A stretch of 64,000 nt of DNA, taken from the NCBI GenBank assembly GCA_040776945.1, contig JAXGZN010000002.1, positions 768,001-832,000 of the forward strand, read 5' to 3'. This stretch comes from Methanomassiliicoccaceae archaeon (GTDB lineage Archaea; Thermoplasmatota; Thermoplasmata; Methanomassiliicoccales; Methanomassiliicoccaceae). Below, one piece after another: positions 9,454 through 18,393 of the stretch. The translations under genes and the position numbers were made by a program. Position 1 is the first letter of the stretch, and each line of letters opens with the position of its first letter. Below the pieces are notes generated by a model, which was not told the origin of the DNA, made no database searches, and was given only the letters and a program-made list of their open reading frames with translations.

Positions 9454-10741
9454 AATCGTCCAGCCTCCTCTGGGTGAGCATGTCGGTCAGGACCGCAGAA
9501 GCGCCGATCCATCTGGCCAGGGGGATGTCCATCCTGGAGGTCACATGCTGCAGCGCCGCGGACATCGTCTCGAAGCTGTGCGGCCTCGTTCTAAGCGCCG
9601 CCCTCACGTTCTCGCGGACGTTCCATACGCCCACCGGCATGACGTAACCGGGATGGGCCTCCCGGAATATTACCGCCCCGGCCTGGCGCCTTTCGGCGGT
9701 CAGCAGTTCGTTCACCGCCAGTCTTGCCGCGTAATAGCATCCTCCGATCTCAGCGTAATCTCTCCTGCCCTCGTAGAACTCGTGCGAGCTGATGATCTCT
9801 ATGTCATGGCCCATGGGGTTCCAGGTGGTGTTGGGGTACCAGGCCTCGATGAGCTCATATTTCCAAGTGGTTGGCATGAGCAGGACGCTCCACCGGTTAT
9901 CCAGCATCTCCCAGTCATACACCCTCCAGTCCTCGATGACCGGGTTCCTTTTGGTCCCCTTCAAGAGATCCTTACCGAGTATGTCGTCCACCGCAGTGAT
10001 GGACCACCTGGTCGGCACGAAGCGGCGGTTCTTGTCGATGCCGAACGCCCCGACCGAGAACGCCTTCTGGATCTTGGAGATGAGGACCCCGTCCCGATAA
10101 AGGGCCTTCACCGCATCTGTGGCCTTCAGATCGGTATCGTAGAACGCCTTCTCCACATGATGATCGTAACGCGGGTTCCCAATGGACAGGTCCCTTAGCC
10201 TGGCCGACGGGCCGAAAGGCTGCACCTCGTCGTCCAGCACCAGCCGGCCCGAGGGCTTCTTCTGGAACCTGGCCTCGACCTCCAGAGGGTTCACGGCCAG
10301 CGCCAGGTCCCGGGTGTGATCGACAATCCGTCCATACTTCCGAAAGTCAGTGGCGTCGATGCGGTGCTTCCCCCTTACCAGGCTGAACCTGAAGTCGACT
10401 ATCTCGTCAATGGACTTCCCGACCCATCTCTCCGGCGTATCCATGATGGAGGTGTCACCCATCACTGGAGGGACCAGCGGCCCCACGTCCACCTTCGGGT
10501 ACCCGTACCTTCCCACGAAGATGCCGGGAGGGGACATCCCTGCCAGGTCCAGAGTATCGATGAGCGTTTTGGTCCTGGAGCGGGAGTAGAACTTGATCAT
10601 CAGCGGGCAGCGCTCCTTTCCGCACAGATTGCGGGAGCCCTTGCAGATGACGCATGGCGAACCGGCGGGCACCTCCAGTACCCCTGCCGTCGTAAGTGAG
10701 GTGAGGTGGTCCTCAAAGGTGCCGGGGTTGCCCTTGAACAT
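9446..10741 (-). CDS. nreA: Nre family archaeal DNA repair protein
   Basis: N-terminal 'C..CKG.R.LCGK.RCP', 'SPP..FVGRYGYPKV', 'VPTRWSITAVD', 'GGCYYAARL', 'PVGVW.VRE' and a C-terminal PIP box 'QRRLDDY'. Confidence 0.93.
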   Translation of the reverse strand: MFKGNPGTFEDHLTSLTTAGVLEVPAGSPCVICKGSRNLCGKERCPLMIKFYSRSRTKTLIDTLDLAGMSPPGIFVGRYGYPKVDVGPLVPPVMGDTSIMDTPERWVGKSIDEIVDFRFSLVRGKHRIDATDFRKYGRIVDHTRDLALAVNPLEVEARFQKKPSGRLVLDDEVQPFGPSARLRDLSIGNPRYDHHVEKAFYDTDLKATDAVKALYRDGVLISKIQKAFSVGAFGIDKNRRFVPTRWSITAVDDILGKDLLKGTKRNPVIEDWRVYDWEMLDNRWSVLLMPTTWKYELIEAWYPNTTWNPMGHDIEIISSHEFYEGRRDYAEIGGCYYAARLAVNELLTAERRQAGAVIFREAHPGYVMPVGVWNVRENVRAALRTRPHSFETMSAALQHVTSRMDIPLARWIGASAVLTDMLTQRRLDDYV

Positions 10742-10967
10742 CTCGCTTTCCAGCCTCTTCAGGCTATATATCGTTTATGAAATGTTCCCCGGACATCTAT
10801 GAGAGGTGCTCGGCCCGGGCCTCTGTCGCTAGGAAGGAGTTATGGTCTTAAGCGCCCCGGCCGAGCCCGCCGAGACTATAGCGGGGGGGCTTGCAGGCCT
10901 GGAGGCCATAGGCAGCGGGGAGGGCGTTCCCAGAGCGGATGTTGCCCTTTGGCTCCATGCGGACACG

Positions 10968-11933
10968 TCAGCCAGCCCAGGAGGTGATGTTGCACCATCC
11001 TGATTCCCGATAATCGCCGAACTTGACCATCCTGACATTGGCTCCCTTGAGGCTGTAGTGGCGCGCCATCATTACACCATACATCCGGGCATCTGGTGGC
11101 GAGAAGCGCGTGAGGAGCTTGGTCTTGCCCTCCTCGAGCGAACGCGTTTCGCACATGTCCATGAGATGGTCGAACGTCCTCCGGGGGTCCGGGACCCGGG
11201 GATCGATAAGGACCGCCTTCACCGAGGAGTAGGGGGCCTCCTCCCCCCTCTGATAGGTATGGAGCAGGGCGCAGCCCTGGGGTGTTCCCCCGACCTCAAG
11301 GACAAAAACGTTGCCCAGACCGTTCCTGATGATGGAGACGGCCTCGGATGCGTAGTCGAGCTGGGGATCGATCGAGCGGCTCAGCCTGCTCACGATCTCC
11401 GCGCTGCGGACGAGGTCGTCCGCGGTGAGCTCCCTAACGCTTGACAGGTCGGCCTCTTCCCGCCGGACGATCTTTTCCATTATCAACGTGATCGGTCCGG
11501 TCCTGTATCCCGAGGACAGGTAGAAGTGCAGGTTCTTGGCCATGTGGCTCATCGTTTCCAGGCCGACGACCGTGCACCCCCTCTTTAGTAGGTGAGCTTC
11601 GCAAGAGTTCAGCAGCCTCTTGCCGATCCCATGGTCCTGATAGGAAGGAAGGACCTCAAGAGGTCCCGTCCACCCGACCTGTCCCCAGGTATGGCAGAAG
11701 GCCGACCCCACGATCTTGCGCTCCACCTCTGCGACCAAGCATCCCTCGGGATCGGCCGTCATATAGGCGTTGATTATCCGCTCGGAGCGCTTAGGGTACT
11801 TGAACCTCTTACCAGTATCGTGCATGGCCAGGTCGGACCACGCAATCTGCCCGACCTCGCGCACCTCCTCTATGTCATCCGCGCTCATGGGTCTAAGGCG
11901 GACCTCCTTTTCCTTGCGCATCAGCACACCCAT
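10968..11933 (-). CDS. GNAT N-acetyltransferase (tandem GNAT domains)
   Basis: 'LEVLPSYQDHGIGKRLL' acetyl-CoA motif and 'FYLSSGY'. 321 aa fits two GNAT folds. Confidence 0.85.
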   Translation of the reverse strand: MGVLMRKEKEVRLRPMSADDIEEVREVGQIAWSDLAMHDTGKRFKYPKRSERIINAYMTADPEGCLVAEVERKIVGSAFCHTWGQVGWTGPLEVLPSYQDHGIGKRLLNSCEAHLLKRGCTVVGLETMSHMAKNLHFYLSSGYRTGPITLIMEKIVRREEADLSSVRELTADDLVRSAEIVSRLSRSIDPQLDYASEAVSIIRNGLGNVFVLEVGGTPQGCALLHTYQRGEEAPYSSVKAVLIDPRVPDPRRTFDHLMDMCETRSLEEGKTKLLTRFSPPDARMYGVMMARHYSLKGANVRMVKFGDYRESGWCNITSWAG

Positions 11934-11937
11934 CGGC

Positions 11938-13608
11938 TCACTTCCTCCAGGCCCTTCCCTTCAGCTGCTGGGAGGTCAAGGAGTTCAGCACCCTCTCCCG
12001 GCCCAGCAGGGCCTTGCGGGCCATGATCACCGCCCATCTCCAGTTGTCCATCTCATCAGCGAAGGCGGCATCGGTGCCCAGGGAATAGAACGCTCCTGAC
12101 TCATAAACATTGAACGCGTCATTATCGGAAAGGTCCAGCCGATCGGGGGAGGCGTTCATCTCCAGGGCGATCCTCCTCTCCGCGGCCCTCTCCGCCACCC
12201 TGGACAGGTCCATGCCATTGCCCTCCCGCAGGCCGATCACCCTTCCTGTGGGGTGGCCCAGCACATCCATGTTGGGATCCTCCATCGCCCGCATTACCCT
12301 GGCCTCCATCTCCGCAGGCGCCATTTCCAGCTTGGTATTGACCGAGGCCACCACCAGGTCCAGTCCGTCAAGGAGGCCGGAAGGGGCGTCCAGTCGCCCG
12401 TCGGGGGTGATGTCCACCTCGGCCCCCTTGAGGACCGTTGTTCCGAAAGCGTCCTGGACCTCATCGATGAGCGTGTTCCGGCGGTCGAACGCTTCGGCGT
12501 CCATGTGCCGCCCGATGCGGTCGCAGAGGCAGATGTACCGGTGCCCTATCGCCCCGGCCGCCCTGGCCATCTCCCTGACCCTCAGAACGCCGTCGAAGGA
12601 CGAGCATCTAACGTGCAGGTCCCCCTGGAGGTCCTCATCGGACAGGGGGAGGTCGGCGGCCTCACGGCCCTCTCTCATCTCTGGCGGCACGAACGGGAGG
12701 CCCAGGCGCGCATAGATCTCCTCCTCGGTGGCCGCACGCTTCAGCGCCGGAGAGCTCAGGCGCGTACCGGCCCTCTTGGCGGCCTCGGAGAGCTCGCGGA
12801 GGTGGGCATCCGTCCCGGTGGCCTGCAGAAGCTCCCATGCGAAATGGTCGTTCGTCACTCGGCGGACCATGCATGCCGCGCCCGAGCGCGTCTTACCTAT
12901 GGCCTGCTCCCGCTCCACCATGGTAAGGTCGATTATCTCAGGCGATAGCCCGAACTGCGCGACCACCAGGTCCGGGGTGTCCGAGGAGAACAACAGGGTT
13001 ATATTGGCCACAGATGTGACGAGCCTTCTCGCCGGTCCGGCCAGCTCGATCTTGGATAGGCCCGAACCGGCCATCAGCTCCTCCATTATCGCGACCGCTG
13101 AGCGCAGGGCGTATGGTGTCGGGACGTCCGCGGCCTCCTCTCGCCTCCAGACCAACCAATCCATCGTCCTTTGCTGCACGTCCTCGCCGATTTCCGGAAG
13201 ATCGGCCAAACGGCCCTCGCGCAGGGCCCTGAGAAGCTCATCTATGGTGCGCACTCCCAGCAGACGGTCCAGGTCAGCGATCCTGCGGAAGCCCAGAGAG
13301 GGCATGTCACGGAAGGTCTGGAGGTCCTCGGGGAGCAGGTCCTTGACCGCTTCCAGCGCCTCGATCCTGCCGGTTTCGAGAAGTTCTTCCAGCTTCTGCT
13401 CGATGCTATCGCCCACGCCTTCGATCTCCCGGAGACCTCCCCGGTCACGGACCGAGCGGAGCGGTTCGTTCAGGGCCTCTATGCTCCGGGCCGCCTTCAT
13501 GTACGAGTTGGCCCTCCATCTCTCCCCCTGGATCTCCATGGCCAGAGCGAGATCGAAAAATATGTCGGCCGCCCTGCGGTTGTCTGACCTGCCCTTCATG
13601 ACTCGCAT
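11938..13608 (-). CDS. polX: PolX-PHP (family X DNA polymerase/3'-5' exonuclease)-like protein with degenerate catalytic sites
   Basis: 8 kDa/HhH domain 'IEGVGDSI..KL.E..ETG', 'TEEEIYARLGLPFVPPEMRE' and PHP 'GDLH', 'GAEVDI', 'GHPTGR', 'EMNA.P.RLD'. The metal ligands are altered (see findings). Confidence 0.88.
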   Translation of the reverse strand: MRVMKGRSDNRRAADIFFDLALAMEIQGERWRANSYMKAARSIEALNEPLRSVRDRGGLREIEGVGDSIEQKLEELLETGRIEALEAVKDLLPEDLQTFRDMPSLGFRRIADLDRLLGVRTIDELLRALREGRLADLPEIGEDVQQRTMDWLVWRREEAADVPTPYALRSAVAIMEELMAGSGLSKIELAGPARRLVTSVANITLLFSSDTPDLVVAQFGLSPEIIDLTMVEREQAIGKTRSGAACMVRRVTNDHFAWELLQATGTDAHLRELSEAAKRAGTRLSSPALKRAATEEEIYARLGLPFVPPEMREGREAADLPLSDEDLQGDLHVRCSSFDGVLRVREMARAAGAIGHRYICLCDRIGRHMDAEAFDRRNTLIDEVQDAFGTTVLKGAEVDITPDGRLDAPSGLLDGLDLVVASVNTKLEMAPAEMEARVMRAMEDPNMDVLGHPTGRVIGLREGNGMDLSRVAERAAERRIALEMNASPDRLDLSDNDAFNVYESGAFYSLGTDAAFADEMDNWRWAVIMARKALLGRERVLNSLTSQQLKGRAWRK

Positions 13609-13621
13609 TGCCGTCCTTTGA

Positions 13622-14389
13622 TCATTTGCAGCGCCGGCATCTTAAGCTTATGAGCCCGGCGGTCGCTCCCGCTCCCACTCCGTTGTCGATGTTCACCACC
13701 GCCAGTCCGGGGGAGCAGGATTGGAGCATGGTCATGAGCGCTCCTTCACCTCTGCCTCCGGCGCCGTAGCCCACCGAGGTCGGGACCCCTATGATCGGGA
13801 CGTCCGCCAGCGATGACACGACAGAGGCCAGGGCGCCCTCCATCCCCGCGACCACGACCAACGCGTCCACGCCTTTCTCGAGCATGTTCAACAAGGGATC
13901 GAGAAGACGGTGCGGTCCAGCGATCCCTACGTCATATGCGATGGCCACCTCCACCCCCATGGCCTCCGCGACCACTCTGGCCTCCTCGGCCACTTGGATG
14001 TCCGAGGTCCCGGCGGCGAGTATGCCTATCAATCCTTGCGGTTCCCGTTCCGATCGCCGGTCCACAACGATCATGGAGGCCGCCTCCTCATATCGCACTA
14101 TGTCCTCTCCGACCGCCTGGCGCACTGCCTCCAAATGCTCCGGGCCGGCCCGGGAGATGATCAGATGGTTCTTGTCCCTGAGCGCCTGGGAGACTATCTC
14201 GGCCAGAGTCGAAGGCGGCTTGCTCTCGCCGAAGATCACCTCGGGAACGTCCTTCCGTTCCGCGCGGCAGGGGTCGAACAGAGTGTGCTCGCCTATCCTC
14301 CGTATGTAGTCCAGGCGAAGAAGCTTCTCGGCCTCGTCAGCGTCGATCTCTCCGTTCTTGTAGCTCTCCAGCACGTCCCGGGCCCTCAT
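13622..14389 (-). CDS. larB: Nickel-pincer cofactor biosynthesis carboxylase/hydrolase LarB
   Basis: 'R.ER...PEVIFGE.K', 'AGTSDI.VAEEA', 'DVG.AG.HRL', 'AGMEGAL', 'VPTSVGYG' and 'VVNIDNG.GA'. Start chosen at ATG 14389 after an AGGGG RBS (the ORF track gives 14473). Confidence 0.93.
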   Translation of the reverse strand: MRARDVLESYKNGEIDADEAEKLLRLDYIRRIGEHTLFDPCRAERKDVPEVIFGESKPPSTLAEIVSQALRDKNHLIISRAGPEHLEAVRQAVGEDIVRYEEAASMIVVDRRSEREPQGLIGILAAGTSDIQVAEEARVVAEAMGVEVAIAYDVGIAGPHRLLDPLLNMLEKGVDALVVVAGMEGALASVVSSLADVPIIGVPTSVGYGAGGRGEGALMTMLQSCSPGLAVVNIDNGVGAGATAGLISLRCRRCK

Positions 14390-14481
14390 GGTCCCCTTCA
14401 TCGTATGCTCCGCCTTAAATTGTTCCGCCCTTCCCGTGCGACCAAGGTAAACGATTTTAGGGTCTGGGACCATGACCGCGC

Positions 14482-15300
14482 ATGGAACGTCCAGAGCGGC
14501 TAGAGCGGCTGAGGCATATCATCAGGGATATGGGCGAGGCCGCCGTCGCCTATTCCGGAGGGGCTGACAGCACCCTTGTGCTCCGGATCGCAAGGGACGA
14601 GCTGGGGGAAAAGGCCGCGGCGATCATCTGCTCGACCGGTCTAATGGCACAGAGAGAGGTCGAGGAGGCCGTAGCCGCCGCTCGAGGGCTCGGAGCAGAG
14701 GTTAGAGTGGTGGAAGCGGACCTGTTGGCCCGTCCGGATATCGCTCGCAACCCCCCGGACCGGTGCTATCTGTGCAAGCGGGCCATCATCGAGAGCATCG
14801 GGGAGGCGGCGTCGGGAATGGGGCTCCGAATCATTGCTGACGGGACGCATTGTGGCGATGAGGACGGGGACAGGCCGGGGATGAGGGCGCTCCGCGAGCA
14901 TGGCGTCCGATCGCCTTTGGCCGAGGCGGGGATGGACAAGGCGGACGTTCGTGAAGTCTCTCGGGCGCTCGGCCTGTCGACGATGTCAAGGCCGTCATCC
15001 CCCTGCCTCGCTACCAGGATTCCCTTCGGGGAGGCCATCACGAGAGAGAGGCTCAGGCAAGTGGACGAGGCCGAGCGCCTCCTCAGGCAGCTGGGTTATG
15101 GCCAGGTGAGGGTGCGGCATCATGGCCCCATCGCTCGTGTAGAGGTCGAGGAGAGGTTTCTCTCCAGAGCACTTGAGGACCGGGAGATCATCATCTCCGG
15201 GCTGAGGGAACTGGGCTTTACCTACGTGGTGTTGGACCTGGCCGGGTTCCGCTCAGGCAGCATGTCCGAGCCTGTGGCTGGGCCGGTTGCGCGGCCATAG
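14482..15300 (+). CDS. larE: ATP-dependent sulfur transferase LarE
   Basis: PP-loop 'AYSGGADS', 'NPPDRCYLCK', 'RPG..A..E..V.SPL', 'PSSPCLATRIP' and 'GFRSGSM'. Confidence 0.93.
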   Translation: MERPERLERLRHIIRDMGEAAVAYSGGADSTLVLRIARDELGEKAAAIICSTGLMAQREVEEAVAAARGLGAEVRVVEADLLARPDIARNPPDRCYLCKRAIIESIGEAASGMGLRIIADGTHCGDEDGDRPGMRALREHGVRSPLAEAGMDKADVREVSRALGLSTMSRPSSPCLATRIPFGEAITRERLRQVDEAERLLRQLGYGQVRVRHHGPIARVEVEERFLSRALEDREIIISGLRELGFTYVVLDLAGFRSGSMSEPVAGPVARP

Positions 15301-15391
15301 CCGGTCGATGCTTCGTTAGTGTACCTTCAGCATCAGCGATCTCGAACGAGTATAATAAGAGAGAAATACCCTCGCCTCGCCTCTATCGATC

Positions 15392-15955
15392 ATGCGCATC
15401 ATGACCACCTTGCTCTCCTATGACCACGGCATCCTGAGGCAGGTCCTGGATGTGATAAATGATATTGCAGTGGAGGGCACGCTCGAGAGATATCGGGACC
15501 TGATGCCCGAGATATCCGATTTCCTCTTGGACTTCATGGGGCGATATCACCACGGGAGAGAGGAGTTGTTCCTGTTCCCGGCCGCGGAGGGCTCGTCCGA
15601 GAGCATAAGAGCGATGATACCTTGGATGATCGATGAGCATCGGACCGTAAAGGGCTATGCAGAAGCGATAGCGGACAACGTGGCCGAGTGGGAGACCGGA
15701 CCACTGGCCCAGAACATCATCGACCTAGTGGCCCACATGGTGGACCATATAAAGGAAGAGGAGGACGTTCTCTTCCCGGGCCTGCAAAGCTCTATAGGGC
15801 CTGAAGCGGACCTCACGGCGTTCGAGCGATCGCAGGCGTTCATCGCGGATGAGTTCGGGGAGGACGTGATCAAAAGGGGAGAGGAACTTGCCGGTCGGCT
15901 TCAGCGCAGGGTGTGGGGAGATAGGACCATAAGACCTTTGTCGCCGGAGAGGTGA
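15392..15955 (+). CDS. Hemerythrin (HHE) domain protein
   Basis: 'L..DH', 'HH.REE..LFP', 'EH' and 'HI.EEE..LFP'. Confidence 0.88.
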   Translation: MRIMTTLLSYDHGILRQVLDVINDIAVEGTLERYRDLMPEISDFLLDFMGRYHHGREELFLFPAAEGSSESIRAMIPWMIDEHRTVKGYAEAIADNVAEWETGPLAQNIIDLVAHMVDHIKEEEDVLFPGLQSSIGPEADLTAFERSQAFIADEFGEDVIKRGEELAGRLQRRVWGDRTIRPLSPER

Positions 15956-16237
15956 TCGCCTCCAATTGGAGGCGCTGACCAGCGCCTGGTCCTTGAGATC
16001 GGCCGGTTCGCCGCCGCCTTGATCAGGCCCATAAGGTCCTTGGGCGATGCGGCTCCCTGAAGATAACCTCTATACACGTCCCTTAGCTCTTTGGGTCCCG
16101 GGACCGGCAGGCCCATCCGCATAAGGGCAGCATCCGGAGGACATCGGTGCAGACGCGGCCTTGGGCTGATGGTGCGGTTATGGGGCCTCAAGGACCCTTT
16201 CCAACGGGCCGCGGGGAACAGGCAGCAGGGTGAAAAA

Positions 16238-16344
16238 TGGCGCCGAGGGAGAGATTTGAACTCCCGTGGCGGAGACCGCCAGTGGTTCGCTCGGAGATCT
16301 CGTTCTTTCGAGACCACCGCCTTACCGGGCTAGACTACCTCGGC
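16238..16344 (-). tRNA. tRNA-Ser(CGA) with a 19-nt intron at canonical position 37/38 (16288..16306) and encoded CCA
   Basis: The reverse complement folds into a cloverleaf: GCCGAGG/CCTCGGC acceptor, GTGGT-CT-CGA-A[intron]A-ACCAC anticodon arm, long variable arm TGGCGG-TCT-CCGCCA, GTTCAAATC T-loop and GCCA end. Confidence 0.95.
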
Positions 16345-16493
16345 CTTGGGTATGGCAGAATCGTAATCACATATAAGTCATTTCCTAGCTCATGGGCGCC
16401 GATCAGCCTTCGGTAAGGGTCCGATGTCCTCCACCTAGGCGGGGTCGGTTCAGAATGGAAACGATGAAATCCACGAGCGCCTTCCGCTTCCTC

Positions 16494-16694
16494 ATGAGGA
16501 TCAACGTCGAAGGCCGAGGGGGGGCGGAAAGGATCGAGGTGCCGGACGGCTCCTCGCCGATGGACGTTCTCGCCGCCCTTTCCCTGCTGCCGGACGCTCA
16601 CATCATCCTGAGGGACGGCATCCCTATCCCAATAGATGAGCGCTTGAGCGACGGCGACTCCCTTAGGCTCATCAAGGTGGCCTCGGGAGGTTGA
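16494..16694 (+). CDS. MoaD/ThiS/SAMP ubiquitin-like small protein
   Basis: 66 aa with a beta-grasp pattern ('L.DGD.LRLI') and C-terminal 'VASGG'. ATG at 16494 (the ORF track starts at 16392). Confidence 0.85.
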   Translation: MRINVEGRGGAERIEVPDGSSPMDVLAALSLLPDAHIILRDGIPIPIDERLSDGDSLRLIKVASGG

Positions 16695-16751
16695 CCCAGC
16701 TGCCATTAGGGTCCCTGGTCGGGCTCTTTTAGGCCTGTACCGGCCTGGAAA

Positions 16752-16762
16752 GTTTTATAAAT
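16752..16762 (+). promoter_or_regulatory. BRE/TATA promoter candidate for dnaG
   Basis: GGAAAG followed by TTTTATAAATA about 220 nt upstream of the dnaG ATG. Confidence 0.5.
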
Positions 16763-16980
16763 AACATTCGCCCCTATCGGGTCGAAACGACTTCCTCACA
16801 AGATTGATTTCATGCTCACTATCATCATCACCGCTCGCATTGAGGCGAGCCATATGGACCAACTCCCGGTTTCGCCCTTCGATCGGTTCGGGCGACGGGC
16901 CGGGAAAACAAAGCGGATAGAATAGCGTGCGTTCTTGTCGCCGGGACGGTCGTTTTCGAACAAACTGAGGTGTAACCATA

Positions 16981-18393
16981 ATGAACATCGATCCTAGCAC
17001 TACCAAGTACATGATAAGGGCCAAGCTCCAGGCCGACGGAATCGTGGAGAAGCCTGACGTGGTAGGTGCCATATTCGGCCAGACCGAAGGTTTACTGGGC
17101 GACGAGCTCGATCTCCGTGATCTCCAGAAGAGCGGGCGCATCGGCCGCATCGAGGTCGAGGTAAGCTCCAAGCAGGGCAAGTCGGACGGCGAGATCCTCA
17201 TCCCTTCGAGCCTGGATCAGGTGGAGACGGTCATACTGGCCTCTGCCCTGGAGACCATAGACAGGGTTGGTCCCTGCAAGGCCAAGATCTCCGTGATAAG
17301 CATAGAGGACGTGAGGATCACCAAGAGGTCCAAGATCATCGAGAGGGCGAGGGAACTGCTCACCGAGCTCATCAAGCAGTCCAAGACCTCCGGCATCGAC
17401 CTGACCGAGAGCGTTCGACAGAGCGTTCAGACCGAGGAGATCGTCTCCTACGGGAAGGACCACCTGCCGGCCGGTCCCAATGTCCAAGACAGTGATGCCA
17501 TAATCGTAGTGGAGGGCCGCTCGGACGTCCTCAACCTGCTCAAGTCGGGCATCAAGAACGCCATAGCTGTAGAGGGAACGAACGTTCCCAAGACGGTCAT
17601 GGACCTGAGCAAGGAGAGGGTGATCACCGCGTTCGTGGACGGCGACCGGGGAGGGGAGCTCATACTCCGCGAACTGTTCCAGGTGGCCGAGGTCGACTTC
17701 GTGGCCCGCGCGCCGCGAGGCATGGAGGTCGAGGAGCTCACCCAGAAGCAGATCATGAAGTGCCTACGGAACAAGATCCCTGGCGAGCAGTTCATGGAGA
17801 TGTACGGCATGACCTCTGACAACGGCAAGACCGCCGAGGCCCGCGAAGAGCGCGCCCCCCGGGAGCAAGCCAGGGAGCGCGAGGCACGGGAGGAGCCGGT
17901 CCAGGAGGTAAAACCACATGAGCGGCCGCAAGAGAGGGAGCGCCCTCACCGCGAGCCCCGCGAGCGCAGGCCAAGGGAGCATAGGGAGCCCCGGGAGCCG
18001 GTCAAGGAACTGCCGGTAGTAGAGCCCATGGCCGAGCTTCCCGAGAGGACCGAGGGGCCGCACGCGGCAGAGGCCGAGCCCACCAAGGGACTGTCCGAGG
18101 CACAGGTGCTCTACAAGACAATGATCAACGAACTGGCCACTACATCCAAGGCCAAGATACTGGACGCCTCCGGGAGCATCATAAAGGAGGTCCCGGTGAG
18201 GGATTTGGTAAACACCTTGAAGACCAATGTCAAGGGAGTCAACGCGGTCGTGTTCGACGGCATCATTACCCAGCGCATTATGGACATAGCTGCGGACAAC
18301 AAGATCGTCACCATAGTGGGCACTAAGATGGGCAACATCACCAAACAGCCCGCCTCGGTGGAGGTCTGGACCAGGGATGACCTGAACGAATGA
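16981..18393 (+). CDS. dnaG: Archaeal DnaG (TOPRIM, exosome-associated primase homolog)
   Basis: '[19 protein letters not shown]', '[10 protein letters not shown]', TOPRIM 'VVEGRSDV', 'DGDRGG' and C-terminal 'FDGIITQR'. Confidence 0.97.
   Translation: MNIDPSTTKYMIRAKLQADGIVEKPDVVGAIFGQTEGLLGDELDLRDLQKSGRIGRIEVEVSSKQGKSDGEILIPSSLDQVETVILASALETIDRVGPCKAKISVISIEDVRITKRSKIIERARELLTELIKQSKTSGIDLTESVRQSVQTEEIVSYGKDHLPAGPNVQDSDAIIVVEGRSDVLNLLKSGIKNAIAVEGTNVPKTVMDLSKERVITAFVDGDRGGELILRELFQVAEVDFVARAPRGMEVEELTQKQIMKCLRNKIPGEQFMEMYGMTSDNGKTAEAREERAPREQAREREAREEPVQEVKPHERPQERERPHREPRERRPREHREPREPVKELPVVEPMAELPERTEGPHAAEAEPTKGLSEAQVLYKTMINELATTSKAKILDASGSIIKEVPVRDLVNTLKTNVKGVNAVVFDGIITQRIMDIAADNKIVTIVGTKMGNITKQPASVEVWTRDDLNE

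Noticed and set aside
10836-10956. 5S rRNA (similar length, GGCCATAGGCAGC segment)
   Set aside because: It lacks the conserved CCGAAC loop and loop E motifs in either orientation.
15956-16260. Integrated element at the tRNA-Ser 3' end
   Set aside because: I noticed no duplicate of the tRNA 3' end and no adjacent tyrosine integrase, and the flanks are housekeeping genes.
16288-16306. tRNA intron as a novelty
   Set aside because: A short intron at canonical 37/38 is common in archaeal tRNAs.
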